Assembly: GCA_036785375.1 (NCBI GenBank)
Contig: JAWMAR010000226.1
Span: 1,860,001-1,924,000, forward strand
Reading direction: 5' to 3'
Source of the DNA: Leucoraja ocellata
Taxonomy: Eukaryota
Length of the DNA: 64,000 nucleotides
Shown here: positions 39,098 to 51,560 of the stretch, one piece after another
Layout: each line of letters opens with the position of its first letter
How positions within the stretch are numbered: position 1 is the first letter of the stretch
Notes under the pieces: model-generated
What the model saw: only the letters and a program-made list of their open reading frames with translations
Database searches by the model: none
What the model was told of the DNA's origin: nothing
Translations under genes and position numbers: made by a program

Positions 39098-39422
39098 TAA
39101 TTAGTTTATTTTAATTTAGTTTAGTTTAATTTACTTTTGCTTAGTTTTGTTTAGTTTGGTTTAGTTTTGCTTAGATATATAGCATAGAAGCAGACACTTT
39201 GGCCCACAAAGTCCCTGCATCCTGTTCACGATAGTTCTATGTTATCCAACTCTTGCATCCCCTCCCAGGTTAGGGGCATTTTTTTATAGAGGCCAACTAA
39301 CCTAGAAACCCGCATGTTTTGGGGATGTGGGATGAAACGCCAAACGTGCAAACTCCACACAGACCACACCTGAGATCAGGAACAAACCTGGGTCTCTGGT
39401 GCTGTGAGGAAGCTGCACCACT
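39098..39422 (-). mobile_element. Degenerate HE1-like SINE with expanded (TTTAG)n tail
   Basis: Tail 39098-39173 and SINE body motifs. Confidence 0.65.
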
Positions 39423-39519
39423 GAAAGACAAATATTAAAATTATATCTGAAATTCATGACATTTCCTCTGGGCCTCATAACACTTGTGGGCCTAGAAATT
39501 CAATCGCCTATGGCTGCCC

Positions 39520-39860
39520 ATATATAACATATAACCATATAACAATTACAGCACGGAAACAGGCCATCTCGGCCCTACAAGTCCGTGCCGAACATTTTTT
39601 TTTCCCCTTAGTCCCACCTGCCTGCACTCATACCATAACCCTCCATTCCCTTCTCATCCATATGCCTATCCAATTTATTTTTAAATGATACCAATGAACC
39701 TGCCTCCACCACTTCCCCTGGAAGCTCATTCCACACCGCTACCACTCTCTGAGTAAAGAAGTTCCCCCTCATATTACCCCTAAACTTCTGTCCCTTAATT
39801 CTGAAGTCATGTCCTCTTGTTTGAATCTTCCCTATTCTCAAAGGGAAAAGCTTGTCCACA
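39520..39860 (-). mobile_element. CR1 3' end
   Basis: FFTQRVVAVWNELP on the minus strand, (ATAACAT)n tail. Confidence 0.85.
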
Positions 39861-41719
39861 GCCCATGTTAAATGATTGAAAATCCTTTTTTTCTGGAACA
39901 AAATGCAATAGCAATCATTTCTAGGTCATTTTGCACCAGTAAGCTATCCAAACACTTATAACAGTGATTCTCTCTTACTCATGATGTAATTTCAGTTGCC
40001 CACAGGATTATTTAATTTCCCACACAAACTTGTCGGCGGGGGACTTAAAACATATTTTGCAGGTGTGACCAGTGTTAAGAATTCTAATTAGTTTTAATAC
40101 ACGGCATTCAACTTTGATTTTCAAAAATCCCTTACTTTTTTTTATCCTCCAGAGCTCCCATTCACCCCTTCCCTCCACCCTACGACAACTCACCTACCCA
40201 CACTATTTCATCTGCCATCCAAATCCCAAGACCCTATTCCCAAACATTCCCTTGTCTTCTAGGCAATGTCCTTTTTTTAGTGTTTTTCTTTCAATAAATC
40301 AAATGGACTTTAAAGGCATGTTCCTAAAACAAAATGATATCTTTAAGTCTCAGTTCCAAGGTCACGTTGAATGAAGTTATCAGTTTATGGTCACGAGATG
40401 CTTTTTCTAGCACACTTCTCACTTTGTTTGTGTGATGGTAAATCTGAGAATTATTAACCTGGGTTCCCCTTTCTGGCTGCGATTCAAATGTTATGTCTGA
40501 TCTTTGCCATCTGTTGTCTTTGTAACATAGTATTCAATGTCTCTTGGCCCTTAAACCTTCATTTATAACAAAATTATAATCTACTAGCAAACCATTCTGT
40601 CGACATTACTAAACTAAGTTGTCAAGTCATAAGCATCATAAATTATCATTGTCCTGTTTTGTGGCACCGTGTAATGGTGTGGTTGATAGCTGACAGACAG
40701 TGGAAGAGGACAAAATATACTAGATCAGATATAAAAAATGAAAGGTTGAAGATGATAAAATGCCTCTGGCAATCAGGAACTAAGTAATAATTCACACTAG
40801 ATTGTTCATACATGAACAATCTAGTGTTCATACAGAAGTAAGCTATTTAGTCCGTCCTGCCTATTCCAGCTTTTTTGAAGCTGTTCTTCTGACCCAATCT
40901 GTTTGTATTTTACTCATAGCTGCTGCATTTGTTTATGGGCAGTGAGGTAACCCAGTGTTTTTTCCACCTTTGTCGAGTGCAGCAGCCACATGAACAACAG
41001 GTAGGAAAATCTGACTCTCCAGAGGGTAGGATGAATGATTTGCACTGAGTGATTGATGACACCTTGTATACTGACCTAATATGCACCCTCCCCCCCTCCC
41101 TCCTCCACCTTCCTTTTATGTAAAGAGCGGTTCACATGGCCATTGCAGCTTTCCAGGAATCAGCCGTGATTCTTCAATTTCATGTCATCTTGGCCTGTTC
41201 GAAAGAGAGGTAACATCAATTTTGTTTATTTGCCAATTGTTCCCATGCACCAGACTGTTCTTTCATTATTGATGATGATCCCACTCAGGTGCCCACTTAC
41301 AGCAGAGGAGACAGCAGCCAAGAGTTTCAAGCATCACCAAAGTCTGCTGCACCCTGGTACTCACTGAGAGCTCAGGATTCCTTCCCAGGACTTACTGTAG
41401 AGCATCAATGGATTTTGTGTGAGCATTATATATATATATACATGGAGACGTGTTACTGACAGCGCTGTGGGCTGGGAATCTGGTGCTCCCCGGCAATGAA
41501 TTGCACCACAGCAGAACGGCTTGGCCATAATGGTTGGTGTTATAAGTCAGGAGACCACCATTGACATTGTTACCATGGAGAAATCTTTGGCCTGAAGTGG
41601 GCAGTGTAACTGAACTGAGAGACCAAAGAGCAGATTGCATCATAACCAACAGATGGAAAATGCAACACAAAAAACGGGTGTTTTTAGTCCACAGCAAAAG
41701 ACACACTTTCTTGTCGGGA

Positions 41720-42118
41720 GAGGTTGAACAGACTGGGACTTTATTCTTTGGAGTGCAGGAGGGTGATCTCATGGAGGTGCATAAAATCATGAGGGGAATA
41801 CATCGGCTAAATGCACATTCTTTTACCCTGAGAAGGGGAATCAAGAACCAGAGAACATAGGTTTAAGCTGAAAGGAAAAACATTTAATAGGAATCTGAGG
41901 GAAAACCTTTTCACTGGTGGGTATAATGAAAGAGTTGCCTGAGGAGGTAATTCGGGCAGGTACCATAACAACATTTAAAAGACATTTGGCCAGGTACATG
42001 AATAGGAAAAGTTTAGAGAGATAAGGGCCAAAAGCAAGCAGGTGGGACGAGCAAAGATGAGGCCATCTTGGTTGGCATGGACAAGTTGGGCCAAAGAGCC
42101 TGTTTCTGTGCTCTATGC
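41720..42118 (+). mobile_element. CR1 3' fragment
   Basis: GDLMEVHKIMRG and CR1 3' UTR. Confidence 0.75.
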
Positions 42119-42624
42119 CAGTATATGTGCAGCACTAAGATGCATATCACAGCTCTGAAAGACCACACCATTCAGGAGGAAATGCTGGCAAAGGGCAAGG
42201 ATTTGTGCCAAACATCCAGTGCTTTTTTCCTGGTGCAGCAGCAGGAAGGCCAGGAGTTTGCTCCAGGTTCTCGCAGTGCACAACCCAAGTAAAGGATGTT
42301 TCTACAGCAGTAGAAATATTGTAGTCTCGGGTCTGGCCCACCACATTGGGGGGCTCAACATGAAACAATAGGAACACACATTCGTATCTCCCTCTGAGAT
42401 GAGTTTATTTCTTCTAAATCTACCAACACTGACATCAACTCCCTCAGAGTCTGACATTCATTTGTATATAGCTGGTGATTCTTTGGGAGAATAGCCCTTC
42501 TCTGGGATTGGTCTTGTGGAAAAAAAACATTTTTTTCCCACTCTACTGTTGCAAGTAAAATGTGTTCTGTTTTTCAGCTACTGCAGCTTCCCTTTGAAGA
42601 ATAGGGCAGCCACGTTGGTGTAAG

Positions 42625-42933
42625 GGCGGTCACGGTGGCATAGAGTTTCTGCCTTACAGCAAATGCAGCGCCGGACACACGGGTTCGATCCTGACTACGG
42701 GTGCTGTCTGTATGGAGTTTGTACGTTCTCACCATGACCTGCGTGGGTTTTCTCCGAGATCTTTGGTTTCCTCCCACACTCCAAAGACGTACAGGTTTGT
42801 AGGTTAATTCGCTTGGTGAATGTAAAAATTGTCCCAGTGGGAGTAGGATCGTGTTAATGTGCGAGGATCGCTGGTCGCCGCAGACCCGGTGGGCTGAAAG
42901 GACCTGTTTCCGTGCTGTATCCCTAAACTAAAA
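42625..42933 (+). mobile_element. HE1-like V-SINE
   Basis: B-box GGGTTCGATCC, V-domain, CTAAA tail. Confidence 0.85.
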
Positions 42934-43221
42934 AATATGCGATGCCTTTGACTCTTTACAGTCTAAAGAACTACAGCCCAGATGCTCTGCGCAAGACCGC
43001 CCTCAAGTCAAGTCAAGTCTATTTGTCACATACACATACGAGATGTGCAGTGAAATGAACTATCTTTCGGCTACTGAAAGCTGATCACTGGATTTATAAA
43101 GTGAAAAGAAAAACTTATGGAGGAACTCAGCAGGTCAGTTAGTATCTGTGGAGGTAAAGGGATGTTCGAAGTTTCCGGTCAGGACCCTGCATTAGGACCG
43201 AGCCTGTAGATGGATGATAGC

Positions 43222-43768
43222 CAGTATAGAGAAGTGAGAGAGTTGTACAGGGTCTTGGTGACACCACATCTGGAGTATTGCGTACAGTTTAGGTCTCCTA
43301 ATCTGAGGAAGGACATTCTTGTCATAGAGGGAGTACAGAGAAGGTTCACCAGACTGATTCCTGGGATGGCAGGACTTTCATGTGAAGAAAGACTGGATAG
43401 ACTCTGCTTGTGCTCGCTAGAATTTAGAAGATTAAGGGGGATCTTATAGAAACTTACAAAATTCTTAAGGGGTTGGACAGGCTAGATGCAGGAAGATTGT
43501 TCCTGATGTTGGGGAAGTCTAGAACAAGGGGTCACAGTTTAAGGATAAAGTGGGAATTCTCTGCCACAGAATGTAGTTGAGGCCAGTTCATTGGCTATAT
43601 TAAAGAGGGAGTTGGATGTGGCCCTTGTGGCTAAAGGGATCAGGGGGTATGGAGAGAAAGCAGGTACAGGATACTGAGTTGGATGATCAGCCATGATCAT
43701 ATTGAATGGTGGTGCAGGCTTGAAGGGCCGAATAGTCTACTCCTGCACCTATTTTCTATGTTTCTATG
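43222..43768 (+). mobile_element. CR1 3' fragment
   Basis: LVTPHLEYCVQF..GVQRRFTRLIPGM, (TTCTATGT)n tail. Confidence 0.85.
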
Positions 43769-44449
43769 AAAGGGGTGAAACATCGACACAGTCATTGTCT
43801 TTATTGTCACATGTACCTAGTACAGTGAATTTTTTTATTTCTGCATACAATAAACAAAGTACGCAAAGATGTGCCTTGTGTCTGGCAACGACAAAGTTAG
43901 AAAAGCAATAATTAGAGTCCCAATGGTCCTTCTTTATTCGCGGCTCCTCCATCCCTCTGCTGGGTCCTTCTTAGTTCTCGGCAGTCACCCCACCAGCTAT
44001 CTCCGTGTTCTTGGTGCTCCTCCCCCCTCCTCCACTGGTTCCCATTTTGATCTTGCCCCCCCCCCCCCATCTCTATCTTTCCGTTTGGACAATGGTGATG
44101 ATCACATCTCCACCACAATGCACATATTCCCCTACTTATCTGAGTCATACCTCCCTGACCACTAACTTGAATCTCAACCCATGCCTGACATAATACTTCA
44201 GCTACTTCCTCAGTTAAAACATTATTGGGGTGTTGTAATGTTCTGTATTTCAGACGTGACTCTAATAACTTTTCGATGACACCCAGTCCTTGATTTGGAA
44301 TCAACTGAGGGAAGATCATCTCCTGTCATGAGCTTGCTGATTGTCTGCATCCTGGATCACGTTGTTTCTCCCAGTGTGGCCCTGAGTGGAGCCTACCCCC
44401 AGGACTCTGGTCCTAGCTCATCCAGGTGGCCACAGCGCAATATAGAGCT

Positions 44450-44549
44450 GAAGATAGACACAAAATGCTGGAGTAACTCAACGGGACAGGCAGCATCTCT
44501 GGAGAGAAGTAATGGGTGACGTTTCGGGTCACAATCCTTCTTCAGACTG
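44450..44549 (-). ncRNA. Penelope terminal repeat with minimal type I hammerhead ribozyme core
   Basis: Minus strand reads CAGT-CTGAAGA-A-GGATTGTGACCC-GAAA-CGTC-ACC; core intact, stem II has one mismatch. Confidence 0.55.
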
Positions 44550-45744
44550 TTCCAAGCTCAGCACCAGGCCTACAGCCACCATGCAACATAGAGCCTCTCC
44601 TTACAGCATGTGGCAGGCTGCACTGATGAAACTGGGCTGATATAGCATGGGATCTTATTTCTGCTCAAGACAGTGCAAACTCAATTTTCAAGTTCGCTGA
44701 CGACACCGCTGTAGTGGGACGAATTACAGATGGTGATGAGTCAGAGAATAGAAGTGAGATCGACCAACTGACCATATGGTGCCAGCGCAACAACCTGGCT
44801 CTCAATATCAACAAAACCAAATAACTGATTGTGGACTTTGGAAGAGGAAGGTTGAGGACCCACAATCCTGTTTACATCAATGGGATGAAGGTGGTGAGAG
44901 TCAAAAACTTCAAATTCTTGTGCATGCATATTTCCGACGATCTTTCCTGAACCCAGCACACTGATGCAATCATAAAGAAAGCACATCAGCTCCTTTACTT
45001 CCTGAGAAGATTACGGAGATTTGGTATGTCAAAAAGGATTCTCTTGGACTTCTACAGGTGCACAGTAGAGAGCATACTGACTGGTTGCATCGTGATCTGG
45101 TTCAGCAACTTGAACGTCCAGGAGCGCAAAATAATGCAAAAAGTTGTAGTCACTGCCCAGGCCATCACCGGCTCTGACCTCCCCACCATCGAAGGGATCT
45201 ATCATAGTCGCTGCCTCAAAAAGGCAGCCAAAATCATCAAAGACCCGCACCATCCTGGCCACGCACTCATCTCACCACTGCCTTTGGGAACAAGGTTCAG
45301 GAGCCTGAGAACTGTAACGTCCAGGTTCAGGAACAGCTTCTTCCCAACAGCTAGCAGGCTATTAAACACTACAACCTCATAAGCTATGAACTACAATAGG
45401 CTATTATTATTAGAGCCAGGATTTCTCCATGAATGCCATTAGTGCCTTTTCATGCCTATTTTGATGATTTCACCAGAATAATGCCTTTTTCACGATTGAG
45501 TGCTTAACTCAGCCTTTTTTTGCCGTTTTGCTAAAAGGTCGTGCTATTTTCTCTAGTTGTACCATGATTACAATGACATTTTCTATGTTAACACGTTAAT
45601 ATTAAAGTTATTATTAACGTGTTAACATTGTATAACTTACAAGAAAACTTCCACCACTAGGGCGAAACTGAAGGCGTCACCGTCGGTCGTTCATTCATTC
45701 GTGCCGCTGCCCACTAGTTCAGTCTTCTCCAAGATCTATTTCAG

Positions 45745-46045
45745 AAAGAACTGCAGATGCTGGAAAAATCAAAGGTAGATGAGAAATGTTGGAGAAACTC
45801 AGCGGGTGGGGCAGCATCTATGGAGAGAAGGAATAGGCGATGTTTTGGGTTGAGAACCTTCTTCGGACTGATGTGGGGGGAAGGGTAAGAAAAATAATGG
45901 AAGAGGTGGAGACAGTAGGACTAGAAGGGGAGCTGGGAAGGGGGAGCGGGAGGAGGGAGAAGACAAGGGCTATCTAAAATTAGAGAAGTCAATGTTGATA
46001 CCGCTGGGGTGTACCCAGTGGACTACCCAAGCGAAATACCCAAGC
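45745..46045 (-). mobile_element. Penelope-like element 3' end (GIY-YIG C-terminus plus terminal repeat)
   Basis: Minus strand encodes FRLGS..PSGINIDFSNFR-stop, followed by the degenerate hammerhead-bearing repeat. Confidence 0.75.
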
Positions 46046-46793
46046 AGTGGTTAAGTCCAGCTTCTTTCACCTAAGGAAACTGGCAAAGGTGAAGCCCATT
46101 CTCGAGCCGCAGCATTTTGAAACAGTAATCCATGCCTTTATTTCATCTCGGCTGGATTACTGTAATGCACTCTACTCTGGAGTCTCACGAGCTTCGTTGG
46201 CTCGCCTCCAGTTGGTCCAAAATGCTGCCGCTCGCCTTTTAACCGGAACTCGAAAGAGGGAGCACATTACGCCAATTTTGGCCTCCCTTCACTGGCTCCC
46301 AGTGCACTTTCGAGTTCATTTTAAAATTATTTTATTTGTTTTTAAATCATTGAATGGCCTCGCCCCGCCTTACCTCTCTGAGCTGCTCCACCTATATGCT
46401 CCTGCCCGGGGCCTCAGGTCAGCGGATCAGCTGCTCCTTGAGGTACCAAGGTCTAAGCGGAAGCTCAGAGGGGATAGAGCCTTTTCTGTTGCTGCCCCGG
46501 CACTCTGGAACACCTTGCCACTGCAGATCAGACAGGCCCCTTCACTGTCCATCTTTAAATCCTCCCTAAAAACTCACTTTTATTCACTGGCTTTCGACAC
46601 TGGCTGAGACTTTGTTCCTGTTTTAGTGCTTTTAATGTCTTTTAATTTTTACTGTTTTTATAGTCTTGTCGTCTTGATGGTCTTAATGGTTTTAGTAGTT
46701 TGTAATAACTTTTTGTTGACTTTCCATGTACAGCACTTTGTGGTAACTGATGTTGTCTAAAAGCGCTTTATAAATAAAGTTATTATTATTATT
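46046..46793 (+). mobile_element. L2-clade LINE 3' portion nested in hAT
   Basis: ORF 46047-46607 SRLDYCNAL, QNAAARLL, HITPILASLHWLP; AATAAAG(TTA)n tail. Confidence 0.9.
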
Positions 46794-48644
46794 AAGCATG
46801 TCTCCTCACTACATTTACTGCTGGTTCCAGTTGCAAATCTGAGTTTTCGAGTGATCTGTGCAAGGCATTCATTGATGCTGGAATTCCACTGTGGAAATTG
46901 GAAAACAAATCTCTCAGAGGTTTATTTAGGGAAATACACAGAGGAACCTATACCAAGCAAGTTATCGTTACAGAAAAATTATATTGACAGCAACTTCAAC
47001 ATTATTGCGCATAAAATTAGAGATGAAGTTGAATGCAACAAAATATGGATCTCAATAGACGAGACAAATGGTGCTGTGGGGAGATATGTTGCCAATATAG
47101 TCATTGGTACACTGGAGGCAGGTCAACCATCAAAGGAGTATTTGTTGACATCAGAAGTATTGGAGGTCAAACAACTCAACTATTGCTCAGTTGTTTACAT
47201 CTTCACTTGCTGTACTCTGGCCAGAAGGTATAAACCATGAGAATGTTCTTCTGTTTGCGACTTAAAGTTTTATTCCCAAAATGTTGGATTTGACATGCTT
47301 AGCTCAGGGACTTCATAGAATTGCCAAGCACATACGTAGCTTGTTTCCAAATGTCAAGAAAATCTTCCTCAAAGCACCGTCACGTGTGCAGTTGTTCAAG
47401 GAAATGGCACCCAAGATTCTGCTACTTCCACAGCCCGTTTTGACTAGGTGGGATACATGGCTCTCTGCTGTACTCTACTCTGCTGCAAATTTTAAAAAGA
47501 TAAAATAAATCATCAACTGTTTTGCAGAAGAAGAATCTGCTGCAGTCAGGATCATCAGTTAAATAATGCATTAAAAGTCCCTCCACCGCGATCTTGTGTT
47601 TATTGCTTCCAATTTTGCAAAATTCCCGCAAGCTATCATTTCCCTTGAGAAACGTGGCAAAACATTAGTGAATAACTTGCAGGTTTTCAAAAAGTAACTG
47701 ATAATATTCGTAAAGTTCCTGGCGATGTAGGTAAAGACATACAGAAAAATGGGAGAGAGTGATTATAGCTAACAAAGATCTTGAAGAAATACAAAACGTA
47801 GCTAAAGGTAATTGTAATACACAAGATATCAACATGAATATAGAGTCTGTAGCTTGTTTCGGGTATGCACCTGTGACCTCAGCTGAGGTAGAAATAGGTT
47901 TTTCACAACTGAAGCATATTCTGTCTGATAGACGGCATAGTTTAACACCATATAATTTGAAAAACATGCTAGTAATTATGTGCAACCAGGCAACTTTGGT
48001 CATGTAGTGTAGTATACCTTTATATTATTATTTTAAACCATATTTTGGTGGTGGAAATAAATGCCTTTTTATGCCTTTCTTTTTGTCAATATGTGCCTTT
48101 TTCGTAATTTTGTGATACCTTTCTGCCTGCCTATATCAGTGTCTTTTAGTGCCTAAACATCCTGGCTTATTATTATTATTATTATTATTATTGCACTGTT
48201 ATTGTTTGTTTTTTCCGTGTTTTTGGTATTATTGATTATGATTACCTATTCTGTTATGCTGCAGCAAGTAAGAATTTCATTGTTCCATCTGGGAAATATG
48301 ACAATAAAACACTCTTGACGCTTGACAATGGTAACAAGAAAAATAAGTAAACTACAACCTCTGTCTTGGCATAATATAGATCATCATCATTCACTGTACC
48401 ATCACATTTCTACACTTGTTTTAAGAACCTTTTCTTCTTCTTCTTGCATATGGCGTGCACAGCCTAACAAAACACTACATCTATTTGTTTGTGCACGTCG
48501 GGTTGATTGCATTAGTCCAAACATCAGCATCTGCATTTTTTTTTTTTTTTTAATTTTGGATAGCCACAACTGATCCATATGTTTCCTTCTGTTGGTTTGT
48601 CAAGTGGCAGGCTGCAAAAACATGATTTTCAACATAGTCTTTGT

Positions 48645-48884
48645 CCAAGATGGCTGCCGTGAAGGGAGAGTGGACGCTGGCGCGCTTTGGCTGCCGCTGC
48701 TCTCTCTTCACATTGTGTTTTTGATTTTCTGTTTTTGGACTGAATTCTGTTTTTAGTTTGTGTCTCTGTGATGTCTTTATTATTTATTTTACTCTGATTA
48801 TATGTTTATATTTCATGTTAATCTTATGTAAGGTGTCCTTGAGATGTCTGAAAGGCGCCCAACAAATAAAATTTATTATTATTA
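48645..48884 (+). mobile_element. Short bipartite L2-derived non-autonomous element
   Basis: Starts CCAAGATGGCTGCCG (LINE 5'UTR-like) and ends with an L2-type stem-loop plus AATAAA and (TTA)n. Confidence 0.55.
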
Positions 48885-50639
48885 AACAGGGCCAACCACG
48901 TGAAGGTTGCAATCTCCCACCCCAAAGAACCTTTTGATCAGCTAATACTAGACAACCACAGAACATCAAAGAAAGATAATTGTCACATTGTGTAAGTGTC
49001 TGCTCTCTGTTAGAGTAAACTAAACTGAACTATTCTCTCCTCTATACCTCACATTCTTTTTGTTCCCCAAAATCAAAGTTAGGCCCTCTGCCAAAGTATT
49101 TTAATTACAGCCATTTTCTTGGTGGTAATTTTCTTCACGACCCTGATTTTATTATCTCCAGCTTGACTAATTCAGCACTTTCAAGTTCAAATTTATATTT
49201 TAAAAAAAAAATTCCAAACATTATGACAGTTACTATAGCTTTTATCAGATTTCTCTGCTGCAGTGGAACTTTGTGGCTTTTCTGTAAACGACGAACTGTG
49301 GGGACACAATGAAATAATTTAAAAGATGCTGCAGTGGAGGGTCTTGTGGGAATTTGCATCTCATCGACATCCATGGTAAAACCTTGCAGAAGGTCCAAGA
49401 GGTGGCATTTTGAGTGGAGCATTTGCTGTCATTTATTTGCTTGCTTGTGCAAGCTGAGACCACTGAAAGATTGAAAACCACTCAGCTGTATGAAAATATA
49501 GCCCCAAAGCACTTAATAAGAAAACTGAAGTCGTCCGATTGATGCTGGGGATGTATGTTAATATTTATACAGAATCTTTGTTATAAAACATAATGACAAA
49601 AGTGAGAGTAATTTAAAAAAAGGAAATATAATTCCAGACGGAAGATGACTATAGATTGTGACTTAAGAAATGTTTGGCAGCCCTGAAATTAGTTAAAAGG
49701 GTTTTAAGTGAAGGGGGGAGGGGGGGGAGAGCTCAGATTCTTAAAGGCCTTAATGTACCTTGCGTAAAATTGATTGGGGATCCTGCAAATTGGACAGGCA
49801 ATGTAATCTCCCCATCAACTGCCCACGCGACATCTGTGCAAATCCGACATGCCAGTATTTATTAGATTGCAAAACCATTTGAAAAGTTCCAAAGCCAGTC
49901 ACTGATAAATGCAAAATGTGTGAACTATTCTGGTTCTTCAGTGCAATTACCTATCCTGAAATGGGCTCTGACCTTATTTCTAATGACATTGGCTGGGAAG
50001 TTTGGAAGTATGTTAAAGCTGTATATCACCATGAGAAGAGTAATTGATGTCAGGATAAGGACTGGAGGTAATTTAAGTGATCATTATTTTCTCTGAACAA
50101 GAACAGGATGAACTTCACACATACTTCACACATCATTGTTTCATCAAAATCCATTTAAAATTTACATTGGTTTCATTTAATCAATTCTGATCCTTGTGTA
50201 TAGCAGGTGCGGCTACAAATGGAAATTAGTTTACTTTTTATAATGCATAGATTTAGTAATTTTGAGCGGCTGGATTGAAATTATACCCAATTACTAGCAA
50301 CAAGATCATTAAAATCTATTAATTTAATATTCCTTTGGGGGACACTTTAAGGAAAGAAATGTCAAAATTAAAATTGGAGAAGCAATTAATTTTCATTCTA
50401 AAAACACTTGGTTAGACTTTCTTATTGAATATATTTTAAGAAGAGTGAAGAAAGCATATGATGTGAGATTGGTACTGGAATATCTATTATTGGTCAATTT
50501 TGGGCAGACACAGGTTATTGATTGGGGACGATCAGCCATGATCACAATGAATGCCGGTGTTGGCTTTAAGGGCCGAATGGCCTCCTCCTGCACCTATTTT
50601 CTATGTTTCTATTATGAATTTAGTGATTCAGCATGGAAG

Positions 50640-51265
50640 TAGACCCGTCGGTAGTTCATGCTGACCATTGATCACTCATTCACACTATCACATAACAATG
50701 TTATCCCACTTTCGCATCCACTCCAGCCACATTAGGGGAAATTTACAGAAGCCAATTCACCTACACTCCCGCACATCTTTGGGATGTGAGAGAAAACTAG
50801 AGCATGGTCGACATGGCGGTGCAGTGGTAGAATTGCTGTCTTGCAGCGCCAGGGGCCCGGGTTCGATCCCGACTACGGGAGCTGTCTTTACGGAGTTTGT
50901 ACATTCTCCCTGTGACCTGCGTGGGTTTTCCCCGAAATCTTCGGTTTCCTCACACACTCCAAAGCCGTCCAAGTTTGTAGGTTAATTGGCTTGGTAAATG
51001 TAACAAATGTACCTAGTGCGTGTAGGATATTATCAATATGCGGGGATCACTGGTCTGCGCAGACTCGGTGGGCCGAAAGGCGTGTTTCCGCACTGTATCT
51101 CTAAACTAAAAACTAAACTAAACTAAACTAAAAAACACTCAGAGGAAGCCCACATAATCACAGGGAGAATGTTCAAACTCCAGTTAGATAGCATCCGAGT
51201 TCTTGATCGGATCTGGGCCTCTGGTGCTGTGAGGCAGCAGCTCTACCAGCTGCGCCAATATGTTG
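50640..51265. mobile_element. Nested HE1-like SINEs (plus copy 50805-51131 inside a minus copy)
   Basis: Inner copy with B-box GGGTTCGATCCC and (CTAAA)n tail interrupts a reverse-oriented SINE. Confidence 0.75.
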
Positions 51266-51367
51266 CATTTTGTTGATCATTTTAATTTAAATAAATGAAT
51301 GAACCAGTCTTCAACAACAACATAGCTTCAAAGTTCTTTGATGGGTCATGTTCTAACTCACCTAACA

Positions 51368-51560
51368 TCTACATAACTAAAAGTCTCATCTTGACCACTT
51401 CCTGTCTGCGCTGTAAATTGATTTTATTTTTTAAAAACGCTACCCTATATCGCTATGATTTTTGGCCACCTTACTCCACTGAGGCAGCCCCGAGGATTTT
51501 TCCGAAATAAAAAAGTCATGAGAGTTTAAAAAATCTCGAGATCAGCTGATTGGTCCTCTC
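51368..51560 (+). mobile_element. Possible Helitron 5' end fragment
   Basis: A|TCTACATAACTAAAAG start resembles Helitron 5' TC termini; no 3' hairpin-CTAG found. Confidence 0.35.

Larger units (their letters stand above)
45411..48169 (+). mobile_element. hAT transposon with degraded transposase (DUF659/CGGBP-related type)
   Basis: Termini TAGAGCCAGGAT / ATCCTGGCTTA in a (TTA)n site, subterminal TGCCT repeats; WISIDET, TCLAQGLH (CxxH-like), TRWDTW, APVTSAEVEIGFS. Confidence 0.85.
44665..48326 (+). mobile_element. Rex1/Babar LINE 3' portion; 3' UTR split by a hAT insertion
   Basis: KFADDT at ~44690, ORF 45026-45382 (RFRNSFFPTASRLLN); UTR resumes at ~48170 and ends CTCTTGACGCTTGAC. Confidence 0.8.

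Noticed and set aside
42960-42996. AACTACAGCCCAGATGC resembling a ZNF143 site
   Set aside because: Spacing deviates from consensus and there is no promoter context
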